Source of the DNA: Candidatus Hydrogenedentota bacterium
Lineage (GTDB): Bacteria > Hydrogenedentota > Hydrogenedentia > Hydrogenedentales > JAEUWI01
Length of the DNA stretch: 64,000 bases
Assembly (NCBI GenBank): GCA_016182605.1
Contig: JACPGE010000074.1
Location: 1,694-65,693 of the forward strand
Reading direction: 5' to 3'
Under the pieces are notes generated by a model. It was not told where the DNA came from. It saw only the letters and a list, made by a program, of their open reading frames with translations, and did no database searches. Numbering within the stretch: the first letter of the stretch is position 1; each line of letters begins with the position of its first letter. A program made the position numbers and the translations under genes. Positions 1-8,752 of the stretch are shown here, piece by piece.

Positions 1-28
1 GAAGTACACACAAGAGGAAAACCGAAGC

Positions 29-1195
29 ATGCTATCCGGCAGTTCGAAAACACCATGGTTTCTTGCGGCCCTTTTGGGCCTCATCACATTGCAGGCCGAT
101 GCACAGCAGCAGGGTCCCCCGCCGCCACCCCAAGTGGGCATCGTAACCGTGACTCCTGCCGCCATCCCCGTCAATTTCGAATATGTCGGCGTGGCACAGC
201 CCTCGCAGATCGTCGAGGTCCGTGCGCGCGTGCAGGGCTATCTCGAATCGCGCCAGTTTGAAGAGGGCGCGCTCGTGAACGAAGGCGAGCCCCTGTTTAC
301 CATCGATCCGCGCTCCTTCGATGCGGATCTTCAGATCGCCCAGGCGCGCACGGAACAGGCCGAAACCCGGTTGAAACTCGCCACCCAGGACGTGGCCCGG
401 CTCCAGTCGGTGAACGTGCCCGGCGCCATTGCGGCATCGGATGTGGATGCGGCCATGGCCGAACAGGCCGCCGCCGCCGCCGCGCTGCGCCTGGCGAAGG
501 CCGAACACGCCAAGGCCGAACTCGAAATGAGCTACACCAAGATCAACGCGCCCATCACCGGCTATGTGGACAAGGCCGAACTCGAGACCGGCAGCCTGGT
601 GGAGCCAAACCGCAACAACATGCTCACGCGCATGCGCAAACTCGATCCCCTCTACGTGAGCTTTGGCGTGAGTGAGCGGGACTTCCTCACCTGGCGCAAC
701 AGCACCGCAAGCGGCGAACTCGCCCTGCCCGAAGGCAAAGACGTGGAACTCGAACTGACCCTTCTCGACGGCTCCTCGTACGCGCATCACGGCACGGTCG
801 ACTACCAGTCCAGCGTGGTCGACTTGCAGACGGGCGCCGTGGAGATGCGCGGCACCTTCCCCAATCCCGACTTCGCGCTCAAGCCTGGCCAGTTCCTTAA
901 AGTAAGCGTGACGGGTTACGTGCGGGCCAACGCCATCGCCGTGCCCCAGCGCGCCGTCGGCCAATCGCCGCAGGGCCCATACGTCTTCGTCATCGGGCCA
1001 GAAAACAAGGTGGAACTCCGCAGCGTCACCCTCGGTCAATGGGCCGGAGAAAACTGGCTCATCGAGGGAGGACTCGCCGCAGGCGATCGGGTCATTGCCG
1101 AAGGCCTCATCAAGGTGCAACCCGGCATAGAAGTCGTGTCTTCTCCCTATGCCGGCGCGCCGCCCGCGGACACCGCTAGTCAGGCCAAGTCATGA
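29..1195 (+). CDS. RND efflux periplasmic adaptor (AcrA/MexA-family membrane fusion protein)
   Basis: Signal peptide, VEVRARVQGYL, lipoyl/hairpin region, INAPITG, LKPGQF; ATGA overlap with the downstream RND permease; AGAGGA RBS upstream. Confidence 0.95.
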   Translation: MLSGSSKTPWFLAALLGLITLQADAQQQGPPPPPQVGIVTVTPAAIPVNFEYVGVAQPSQIVEVRARVQGYLESRQFEEGALVNEGEPLFTIDPRSFDADLQIAQARTEQAETRLKLATQDVARLQSVNVPGAIAASDVDAAMAEQAAAAAALRLAKAEHAKAELEMSYTKINAPITGYVDKAELETGSLVEPNRNNMLTRMRKLDPLYVSFGVSERDFLTWRNSTASGELALPEGKDVELELTLLDGSSYAHHGTVDYQSSVVDLQTGAVEMRGTFPNPDFALKPGQFLKVSVTGYVRANAIAVPQRAVGQSPQGPYVFVIGPENKVELRSVTLGQWAGENWLIEGGLAAGDRVIAEGLIKVQPGIEVVSSPYAGAPPADTASQAKS

Positions 1196-4100
1196 TATCG
1201 AAGTTCTTCATCGACCGCCCGGTCTTCGCCGCTGTATTGTCCATTCTCATCGTGCTCTGCGGACTCGCCTCCATGTACTTTCTCCCCGTGGAGCAGTCCC
1301 CGGAGATCACGCCCCCGACCATCTCCATCGCCGCGCGCTATCCCGGCGCCAACGCGGAGACGGTCGCCGAATCCATCGCGACCCCGATCGAGCAGGAACT
1401 CAGCGGCATCGAGAATCTGCTGTACTACAGCTCCCAAAGCGCAAACGATGGCAGTCTTACCATTACCGTTACGTTTGAGATTGGCGCCGATCTCGACATT
1501 GCCGCGGTGGAAGTGCAGAACAGGCTCAAACGTGCCGAGCCACGCCTCCCCCAGGAAGTGACCCGCCAGGGAATCACGGTCGCCAAGCGCTCCAACAACA
1601 TCCTCGGCGTCGCCGCCCTTACGAGCCCAAGCGGAGAATACGACGACCTCTATCTCAGCAACTACGCGACCATCCAAATGCTCGACACGATCAAGCGCGT
1701 GCCCGGCGTCGGCGACGTGTCCATCTTCGGCTCCAAAGACTACTCCATGCGCATCTGGATCAATCCGGACAAGCTCGCGGCCAAGGGCCTCACCATTTCG
1801 GACGTGGCCGGCGCGGTCCGCGAACAGAACGGGCTCTACGCCGCCGGCCGTATCGGCGCCGCGCCCATCAATGGCGAGGTCGAACTGACCATCCCCGTCA
1901 TCACCAGCGGACGCCTCACCGAGCCCAGTCAGTTCGAAGACATCATCGTCCGCGCGGAACCCGATGGCTCGCTGCTGCGCGTGAAAGACGTGGGCCGGGT
2001 CGAACTCGGAGCCCTCAGCTACGACGCATTCGGACGCCTCAACTCGAATCCTGCCACGCTCATCCTGATTTTTCTCCAGCCCGAGGCCAACGCACTCAGC
2101 ACGATGACCGGCGTCAAGGCCGCGCTTCAGGAACTGAGCAAGGAGTTTCCCAAAGGTATCGAGTTTGTCATTCCTTTCGACACCACCAACTTCATCGAAG
2201 TCTCCATCACCGAAGTCGCCAAGACCTTTATCGAAGCGGCCCTACTCGTCATCCTGGTCGTCTTCGTCTTCCTCGGCAACTGGCGCGCCACCCTTATCCC
2301 GCTCATCGCCGTGCCGGTCGCCATTGTCGGCGCCTTTACCGGCATGCTGCTCTTCGGCTTCTCCATCAACTCCCTCACCCTTTTCGGGCTCGTGCTCGCC
2401 ATCGGCATCGTCGTCGACGACGCGATCATCGTCGTCGAAAATGTGGAGCGCATCCTCCACGAAGAAGACATCTCCGTGCGCGACGCCACCATCAAGGCCA
2501 TGCACCAGGTCACCGGGCCCGTCATCGCCATCGTGCTCGTGCTCTCCGCGGTCTATCTCCCCGTTGCCTTCCTCGGTGGCATCACCGGTGTCATGTTCCG
2601 CCAGTTCGGCATCACCATCGCCATATCGGTGGCCATCTCCGGGCTCGTTGCGCTTACCCTCAGCCCCGTCCTCTGCCGCTACCTCCTCCAAAAGAATGAA
2701 CACAAAATCTTCCTCTTCCGCTGGTTCGACGCCTTTTTCGCCCGCGCCACCAACCTCTACGTCTACTCCGTCCACTGGACCATCCGGCTCGGCGTGGTCT
2801 CCCTCTTCATCTTCGCCGGCCTCATCTACGTTACCGCAAAACTCTTCGAACAGGTCCCCAGCGCCTTCATCCCGCAGGAGGACCAGGGCTACTTCATCGT
2901 CGTCACCCAGTTGCCCCAGGGCGCATCCATCGGGCGCACCAGCAAAGTCATGCACGATGTGGAAGCCTTCCTCCTCCAACAGCCCGAGATTGAGGACGTG
3001 GTCGCCCTCGGTGGACAGGATTTCCTCGCGGGATTCAGCCCCAACACCAGCGCCGGCGCCATGTTCGTCAATCTGAAGCCCTGGGCCGAGCGCACCGGGC
3101 CCGGCCAGGATGTGAATGCGGTCGTCGGACGCGTCTTCGGCCATTTCGGCCCCTACCAGGACGCCCTCGTGCTCGCCTTCAACCCGCCTGCGGTCCGCGG
3201 CCTCGGCGTGCGCGCGGGTTTTGAAATGCAGCTCGAGAGCCGTGGCATTTCCGATGTGCGCAAACTCGCCGAGATCTCCAACACCTTCATGGGCGAGTTG
3301 CGCAAGGACCCGCTTTTCGTCGGCGTCTCCTCCATCCTCAACATCACCCAGCCGCAGCTCTACGTGGACCTCGACCAGACCCACGCCAAGGCCATGGGCT
3401 TGAACATAGGGGACATCTATGACAGCCTCCAGGCGTACCTGGGGGCGCTCTACGTCAACGATTTCAACAAGTATGGCCGCATCTACCGCGTGCAGCTTCA
3501 GGCCGAGTCCGAGTTCCGCGAAGAGCCCGAAGATATCCGCCGGATATTCGTCCGGAATGCCAATGGCGAAATGGTGCAGCTTGCAGGCGTCATCGACACC
3601 CACATGCAGGCCGGCCCCAACGTCGTCGGCCGCTTCAACAGCTTCCCCTCCGTGCAGATCTCGGGCGCGCCCGCACCCGGCATCAGCACCGGGCAAACGC
3701 TAGAACGAATCAATGAGATCGCCGCCCAAGTGCTGCCCGCGGGTTATGTGCACGAATGGAGCGGCGCCTCCTACCAGGAAGTGAAGACCGGCAGCCAGGC
3801 CCCGTACATCATCGGTTTCGGCCTGGTTATCGTCTTTCTCGTTCTCGCCGCACAATACGAAAAATGGAGTCTCCCGTTCGCGGTCCTGCTGTCAGTGCCT
3901 TTCGGCGTTCTCGGCGCCATCGTCGCCGTCTATTTCCGCGGGCTCGAACGCGACATCTACTTTCAGATCGGGCTCCTCACCCTCGTGGGGCTCTCCGCCA
4001 AAAACGCCATCCTCATTGTCGAGTTCTGCTCCGTCTTGCGCGCCGAGGGCAAGGGCATCGTCGAATCCGCCGTCGCCGCTGCGCGCCTGCGCATTCGCCC

Positions 4101-4341
4101 CATCGTCATGACCTCCCTCGCCTTCGTGCTCGGGGTGCTCCCCCTCGCCTTCAGCGACGGCGCAGGCGCGGGCGGACGCCGCTCCATCGGCACCGGCGTC
4201 ATGGGCGGCATGCTCGCGGCCACCTTCCTTGCCGTGCTCTTTGTCCCCCTCTTCTTCGTCATCATTCAGTACGTTACCGAGTTCCGGCCCTGGCGCGGAC
4301 GCCAGAAAAATAACGCCGTCAAGGAGGCGTCCCATGAATAA
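1192..4341 (+). CDS. RND efflux permease, HAE1 (AcrB/MexB) family
   Basis: 1049 aa; FFIDRPVFA start; proton-relay motifs GIVVDDAIIVVEN, AKNAILIVEF and RIRPIVMTS. Confidence 0.97.
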   Translation: MISKFFIDRPVFAAVLSILIVLCGLASMYFLPVEQSPEITPPTISIAARYPGANAETVAESIATPIEQELSGIENLLYYSSQSANDGSLTITVTFEIGADLDIAAVEVQNRLKRAEPRLPQEVTRQGITVAKRSNNILGVAALTSPSGEYDDLYLSNYATIQMLDTIKRVPGVGDVSIFGSKDYSMRIWINPDKLAAKGLTISDVAGAVREQNGLYAAGRIGAAPINGEVELTIPVITSGRLTEPSQFEDIIVRAEPDGSLLRVKDVGRVELGALSYDAFGRLNSNPATLILIFLQPEANALSTMTGVKAALQELSKEFPKGIEFVIPFDTTNFIEVSITEVAKTFIEAALLVILVVFVFLGNWRATLIPLIAVPVAIVGAFTGMLLFGFSINSLTLFGLVLAIGIVVDDAIIVVENVERILHEEDISVRDATIKAMHQVTGPVIAIVLVLSAVYLPVAFLGGITGVMFRQFGITIAISVAISGLVALTLSPVLCRYLLQKNEHKIFLFRWFDAFFARATNLYVYSVHWTIRLGVVSLFIFAGLIYVTAKLFEQVPSAFIPQEDQGYFIVVTQLPQGASIGRTSKVMHDVEAFLLQQPEIEDVVALGGQDFLAGFSPNTSAGAMFVNLKPWAERTGPGQDVNAVVGRVFGHFGPYQDALVLAFNPPAVRGLGVRAGFEMQLESRGISDVRKLAEISNTFMGELRKDPLFVGVSSILNITQPQLYVDLDQTHAKAMGLNIGDIYDSLQAYLGALYVNDFNKYGRIYRVQLQAESEFREEPEDIRRIFVRNANGEMVQLAGVIDTHMQAGPNVVGRFNSFPSVQISGAPAPGISTGQTLERINEIAAQVLPAGYVHEWSGASYQEVKTGSQAPYIIGFGLVIVFLVLAAQYEKWSLPFAVLLSVPFGVLGAIVAVYFRGLERDIYFQIGLLTLVGLSAKNAILIVEFCSVLRAEGKGIVESAVAAARLRIRPIVMTSLAFVLGVLPLAFSDGAGAGGRRSIGTGVMGGMLAATFLAVLFVPLFFVIIQYVTEFRPWRGRQKNNAVKEASHE

Positions 4342-5893
4342 GCTTCGCTTTTTCCTCTTCGCGCCTCTCGCGTTCCTTGCAGGCGGCTGCATGACCGGAC
4401 CCGACTACGCCAAGCCCGAAATGGACCTGCCTGATACGTGGGCCTCGGAACGCGCCGGTGGCGAGATCGATCGGACTGCGGATATTGCATCGTGGTGGAA
4501 TACCCTCAACGATGCCCAGCTCGACACGCTCGTGCAGCGCAGCGTCGAAAACAATCACGACGTGCGCATCGCAGCGGCGCGGGTTCGCGAGGCGCGTGCG
4601 GCAATGGGCATTGCAAACGCTGCCCTGTGGCCGTCTCTGGGTGTTTCCGGATCCTACGCGCGCCGGCAGTCCGCGGCCTCGCCCGCATCGGGCGGCTCCC
4701 CCGTGGCCCTCGGGCTCGCAGCCGGCGCCGCCGGACTGACGCCCAGCATCACCGTGCGCGGCGAGAACGGATCCCTCACCGCGAGCAGCACCAACGGGCT
4801 CCCCGGTCTCAGTGGAACCCTCAGCCCCGGCGGGGGAGGCCCCGATCGGGTGACTGACCTGTACCAGGCCGGTTTCGATGCCAGTTGGGAACTGGATATC
4901 TTCGGCGGCAACCGCCGCGCAGTGGAGGCCGCACTGGCCCAGACAGATGCTGCGGAAGAGTTCCGCCGCGATGTTGTCGTCACGCTGGTCGCGGAGGTCG
5001 CCCGCCAATACGTGGAACTGCGCGCCGCGCAACGCCGCCTCGAAATCACCCATAAGAATATCGCTGCGCAGGCCACCACCGTGGAGCTGACGCAGAGCCG
5101 CGCCCAGGCAGGCCTTGCCAGTGAGCTCGACATGATCCGCGCCCAGGCGCTCCTGGCGTCCACCCAGTCGCAGGTGCCCCTCGTCGAAACCCTCGTGCGC
5201 AGTTCCATCTACCGGCTCAGCGTGCTCCTGGGCGTCACCCCAGGCGCCCTCATCGAAGAACTCAAAGCGGCCCGGAGCATGCCCGAGCCCCCAGGCGAGG
5301 TGCCCGTGGGCTTGCCCTCCGATCTGCTGCGGCGCCGGCCGGACATCCGCCAGGCCGAGCGCGAACTTGCCGCCTCCACCGCGCGAATCGGTGTCGCCAT
5401 GGCGGACCTCTTTCCGAAGTTCTCCCTCACGGGTTCCTTCGGCGGCGCGAACGGTGACCTGGGCAGCGTGCTCAGCGGCGGAAGCCAGATCTGGTCCTTT
5501 GGACCGGGCATTCGCTGGCCCATCTTTGAAGGCGGACGCATCCGCGCGAATATCGAAGTGCAGAACGCGCGCCAGGAACAGGCATTATTAACCTACGAAG
5601 GCCAGGTGCTTCTTGCATTCGAAGAGGTGGAGAACGGACTCGTCGGCTTCGCGCAAGAGCAGACGCGCCGCCAACTGCTGGCCGAAGCCGTTCGCGCAAA
5701 TGAGGAAGCGGTGAAACTTGCCAACGAGCGGTATGTCCGCGGACTCGACGACTTCCTCAACGTATTGCAGGCTCAGCAGCAGCTCTTCCTCTCCGAGGAC
5801 AGTCTCGTGGAGAGCGACCGTGCCGTCCTCACCAACCTCGTGGCGCTCTACAAGGCGCTCGGCGGCGGCTGGCCCGTGCCGGAAGGGCAATAG
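4334..5893 (+). CDS. Efflux outer-membrane factor lipoprotein (NodT/OprM family)
   Basis: Start moved to ATG 4334 after an AAGGAGG RBS; lipobox-like LAGGC, GPDY, SWELDIFG, LPSDLLRRRPDIR, LYKALGGGW. Confidence 0.95.
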   Translation: MNKLRFFLFAPLAFLAGGCMTGPDYAKPEMDLPDTWASERAGGEIDRTADIASWWNTLNDAQLDTLVQRSVENNHDVRIAAARVREARAAMGIANAALWPSLGVSGSYARRQSAASPASGGSPVALGLAAGAAGLTPSITVRGENGSLTASSTNGLPGLSGTLSPGGGGPDRVTDLYQAGFDASWELDIFGGNRRAVEAALAQTDAAEEFRRDVVVTLVAEVARQYVELRAAQRRLEITHKNIAAQATTVELTQSRAQAGLASELDMIRAQALLASTQSQVPLVETLVRSSIYRLSVLLGVTPGALIEELKAARSMPEPPGEVPVGLPSDLLRRRPDIRQAERELAASTARIGVAMADLFPKFSLTGSFGGANGDLGSVLSGGSQIWSFGPGIRWPIFEGGRIRANIEVQNARQEQALLTYEGQVLLAFEEVENGLVGFAQEQTRRQLLAEAVRANEEAVKLANERYVRGLDDFLNVLQAQQQLFLSEDSLVESDRAVLTNLVALYKALGGGWPVPEGQ

Positions 5894-5943
5894 CAAATCC
5901 TGCCCTCCCCGAAACGCCAAGCTGGGTTTCCTTCCGGCGCTAT

Positions 5944-6089
5944 CCCGAATAAATCACGGGCTCCAAACGATGTGGTCGTGTTCTCGTTACCAAGGTCCCC
6001 CTTGGTAATGCCGTCCCCGGTGCTCCGCACCCCGTCCTGCGCAGGCCTACGCCGGCCCGCAGAATTCTTGACGTGGTGAAAAATGCGGG
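5944..6089 (-). repeat. Short reverse-oriented copy of the dispersed inverted-repeat (MITE/REP-like) element
   Basis: Begins CCCGAATAAATCACGGGCTCC and ends GTGGTGAAAAATGCGGG, the reverse complements of the two ends of the copies at 21811, 29734 and 36496. Confidence 0.75.
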
Positions 6090-6120
6090 CTTATCGGCTA
6101 CCATGGTCCGACACATCGGG

Positions 6121-6153
6121 TGAACCATGGAACTATCCACGACGTATACAGGG
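6121..6153 (+). promoter_or_regulatory. Putative ECF-sigma promoter TGAACC-N16-CGTA-TACAGGG
   Basis: Matches the generic ECF AAC/CGT promoter pattern; a near-identical arrangement occurs at 10997-11029; it overlaps the first ATG of the ECF gene. Confidence 0.5.
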
Positions 6154-6729
6154 ACAGAGAACGCCGGGCCTTCGGATGAAGTGCTCATGGCCCGCGTCAA
6201 GGCGGGCGACGACGACGCCCTCGCGGCGTTGTTGCGCCGCTACGAGCAAGCACTGTTCCACTATGCACGCCAGATGCTGGGCAATGCCGCCGATGCCGAA
6301 GATATCTTTCAAGAAACCTTTCTCCGGGTTCACCTTCATCGGAGACGATTTTGGGGTAACGCGCTCTTCAAGCCATGGGTCTACCGCATCGCCACAAATC
6401 TGTGCAAGGACCGGCTCCGCTACCGGCAGCGGCGGCCCGAGGTGCAGCCCGGCAATGACGAGGACAGGCCCGACGTGTTGGATAACCTGCCTTCGGCCAT
6501 TTCCGCGCCGGATGACGTTGCATCAGCGAAGGAATTGGCCGCCAGAATGTCCCAGGCCCTGGCCTCCCTGAACGTGAAACACCGCGCGGTCTTCCTGATG
6601 GCGCACCAGGAAGGCATGTCCTACGCGGAGATCGCCCGCGCGCTCCGCATTCCGGCAGGCACCGTGAAGTCACGTATGAACAAGGCCGTGAGCCAGCTCA
6701 TGGCCGTGTTGGAGAGTTCGAAATCATGA
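6127..6729 (+). CDS. RNA polymerase ECF-type sigma-70 factor
   Basis: SDEVLMARVKAGD, AEDIFQETFLRV, FKPWVYRIATN (region 2); GMSYAEIARALRIPAGTVKSRM (region 4). The true start may be GTG 6181 or ATG 6187. Confidence 0.95.
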   Translation: MELSTTYTGTENAGPSDEVLMARVKAGDDDALAALLRRYEQALFHYARQMLGNAADAEDIFQETFLRVHLHRRRFWGNALFKPWVYRIATNLCKDRLRYRQRRPEVQPGNDEDRPDVLDNLPSAISAPDDVASAKELAARMSQALASLNVKHRAVFLMAHQEGMSYAEIARALRIPAGTVKSRMNKAVSQLMAVLESSKS

Positions 6730-7727
6730 CCGCAAACCACCCCTGCGAGAAAACCCGCGCCGGACTACAGCGCTACCTGCTGCAAACATCGCCCGATCGC
6801 GAACGGCAGGCCATCGAAGCCCACCTCCACACCTGTGCCGCGTGCCAGGAGGCCTTCGACGCCGAACGGGCCCGTCTCGCCATGCTGGACAGCCTGCCGC
6901 GCCACGAAGCGCCCGCGGGACTCGCGGAGCGGACCCTGGCGCGCATCCAGGAGCAACATGAATCCCGTACCCGCCCGGCGTGGTTCGCCCTAGGTACGGC
7001 TGCGGGCGTGTTGCTAGTGCTGATTTTTACCGTGCTGCCCATGTTGAACCGATCCCGGGAAGCTTCGATTCAATGGAGGACGCAAGACGTTATGAGGCAG
7101 CTTGGCATGGTTTTCATGATGTACGCGAATGAATTCCAAGGCGAGCGGTGGCCCAAACTGGCTAAGTTGGATCGGGCATGGGCTCCCGATCTCGCCTCCC
7201 TGTACCCCAATTTCATTGTTGATTCTGAAGCGCTCATTGCGCGTGAGCATCCGGAGCGCGAGAAACTCAACTTGGCGCTCCGCGAGGCACTGCAACAACC
7301 CAAACCTGACTTTGAAGCGGCAGAAGAGATCATGGGAGAGAGCTTCGGCTATCTGGGCTACGCCGTGACGAACGAAAAGGACTTCAACGCACTGCGGGAC
7401 GCGAAGGCGAACAAATCGCTTTCTGACACAAGCGGTACCCTGACGGACCCGGGCGGCGTCCGCGACCTCTACACACTTCGCGAAGGCGTCGAACGCTTCT
7501 TCATCACCGACATCAACAACCCCGCCGGATCAACAGATGCCCACTCCACGATCCCGGTGCTCGTCGAGATTGCCTCGTGGAAATTCAAGAAGTCCGTCGA
7601 ATCCTATCGCGGCGCCAACGTACTGTACCTGGACGGCCACGTGGAATTCGTCCCCTTCGGCGCCTTTCCCGTGATCCCCGCCGTACTCGACGCCCTGAGC
7701 GGTATCACGACCGATTCGGAGGAGTAG
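6726..7727 (+). CDS. Anti-sigma factor: zinc-finger (HxxxCxxC) + TM helix + DUF1559/H-X9-DG-like extracytoplasmic domain
   Basis: HLHTCAAC ZAS motif; single hydrophobic helix; RQLGMVFMMYANE; LREGVERFFITDINNPAGS; GANVLYLDGHVEF; ATGA overlap with the sigma gene. Confidence 0.85.
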   Translation: MTANHPCEKTRAGLQRYLLQTSPDRERQAIEAHLHTCAACQEAFDAERARLAMLDSLPRHEAPAGLAERTLARIQEQHESRTRPAWFALGTAAGVLLVLIFTVLPMLNRSREASIQWRTQDVMRQLGMVFMMYANEFQGERWPKLAKLDRAWAPDLASLYPNFIVDSEALIAREHPEREKLNLALREALQQPKPDFEAAEEIMGESFGYLGYAVTNEKDFNALRDAKANKSLSDTSGTLTDPGGVRDLYTLREGVERFFITDINNPAGSTDAHSTIPVLVEIASWKFKKSVESYRGANVLYLDGHVEFVPFGAFPVIPAVLDALSGITTDSEE

Positions 7728-7874
7728 ATCGCGGACCCGGCAACCCACTTATTCACCAGGGGACCGTACCCGATCACCCGCGCCCACTGCTTCTGATTCA
7801 GGTATCGATCCGTGCGGGAGCTAAAGTGGCATCCTGTCACTATAGTCTCGTCCCCAAGACCGGCGACAAGCGCA

Positions 7875-8741
7875 CTACTCACGTTTCTCATCCCAAGAGA
7901 ACGGAATCTCAAGGTCAACCTTCTTATTGTGAACGCGAAAGGTAACTTTCAAGAGTTCATCTACGATTTGAAAATCATCCACAGCCCAACGATTCGGATC
8001 CATTGCCTGCTCCCGCACGGTGCTCAAATCGATCTCCTGGGCCAATAATGAAATCTTCTCATCTCCATCAATCCATACCCGGAGTAAGTACAACTCCGAA
8101 GCGGCACGCTCAACATAATAACGGTGATTGAGCAGCGCACAAAAGGCACTAGAATCGGGTTTCCACTCGATATGCGATTGCACAAACCATTTCTTGACAG
8201 GCGGGCTTTCCGATTCGTCACCATAGCCTCCCTCGGGAAAGATTACGCCTTCCTGAACGTCGGTCTTGTCAAGGCGAAGCAGATTTACCGTCGGCCAGAC
8301 TTGAGCGTCTGTGGGATGCAAGGGGTAAAAGCTTTCCAGCGCCGCGTACTTGCCGTCAGGCGAGATTGAAACCTTTCTTCCCCAAACGTCTTGAATTGAT
8401 TCTCCCGTTTCACAAGCAATTTTGGTAATTGACTGAACGTTACTGTCGCTCAATACTGCATTAACAACAACGAGTTCCCCATGAAGTGTCAATTGCTTGA
8501 CACTTGTAACCGTGCTGGGCAATTTCGCAGCGACATTTCTATTCGTTTCGCTATTTCGTATGGTGACATGCGGAGTTTTGTTTGCCCCGCCATCAGGGAC
8601 GGCTTTCACTTCATACTTTAAGCTCTTTGCTGTTGGCGCACTTCGACCTTCGTCACTTGCCGCAACACCTATCAGCACGATACACAAGAGACACATCATC
8701 TGAATTCGTCTTATAGTCGACCAAATCTGGCGCTGATTCAT
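7875..8741 (-). CDS. Secreted/periplasmic hypothetical protein with beta-propeller-like motifs (candidate immunity or partner protein)
   Basis: Visibly lower GC; AGGAGA RBS before ATG 8741; N-terminal hydrophobic segment; SISPDGKY and IEWKPDSS resemble PD40/WD40 blades. Confidence 0.7.
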   Translation of the reverse strand: MNQRQIWSTIRRIQMMCLLCIVLIGVAASDEGRSAPTAKSLKYEVKAVPDGGANKTPHVTIRNSETNRNVAAKLPSTVTSVKQLTLHGELVVVNAVLSDSNVQSITKIACETGESIQDVWGRKVSISPDGKYAALESFYPLHPTDAQVWPTVNLLRLDKTDVQEGVIFPEGGYGDESESPPVKKWFVQSHIEWKPDSSAFCALLNHRYYVERAASELYLLRVWIDGDEKISLLAQEIDLSTVREQAMDPNRWAVDDFQIVDELLKVTFRVHNKKVDLEIPFSWDEKRE

Positions 8742-8752
8742 GGATGCTCTCC

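Noticed and set aside
6068-6104. Sigma-70 promoter formed by TTGACG inside the repeat element upstream of the ECF gene
   Set aside because: No acceptable -10 hexamer at 16-18 nt; TACCAT lies 25 nt away.
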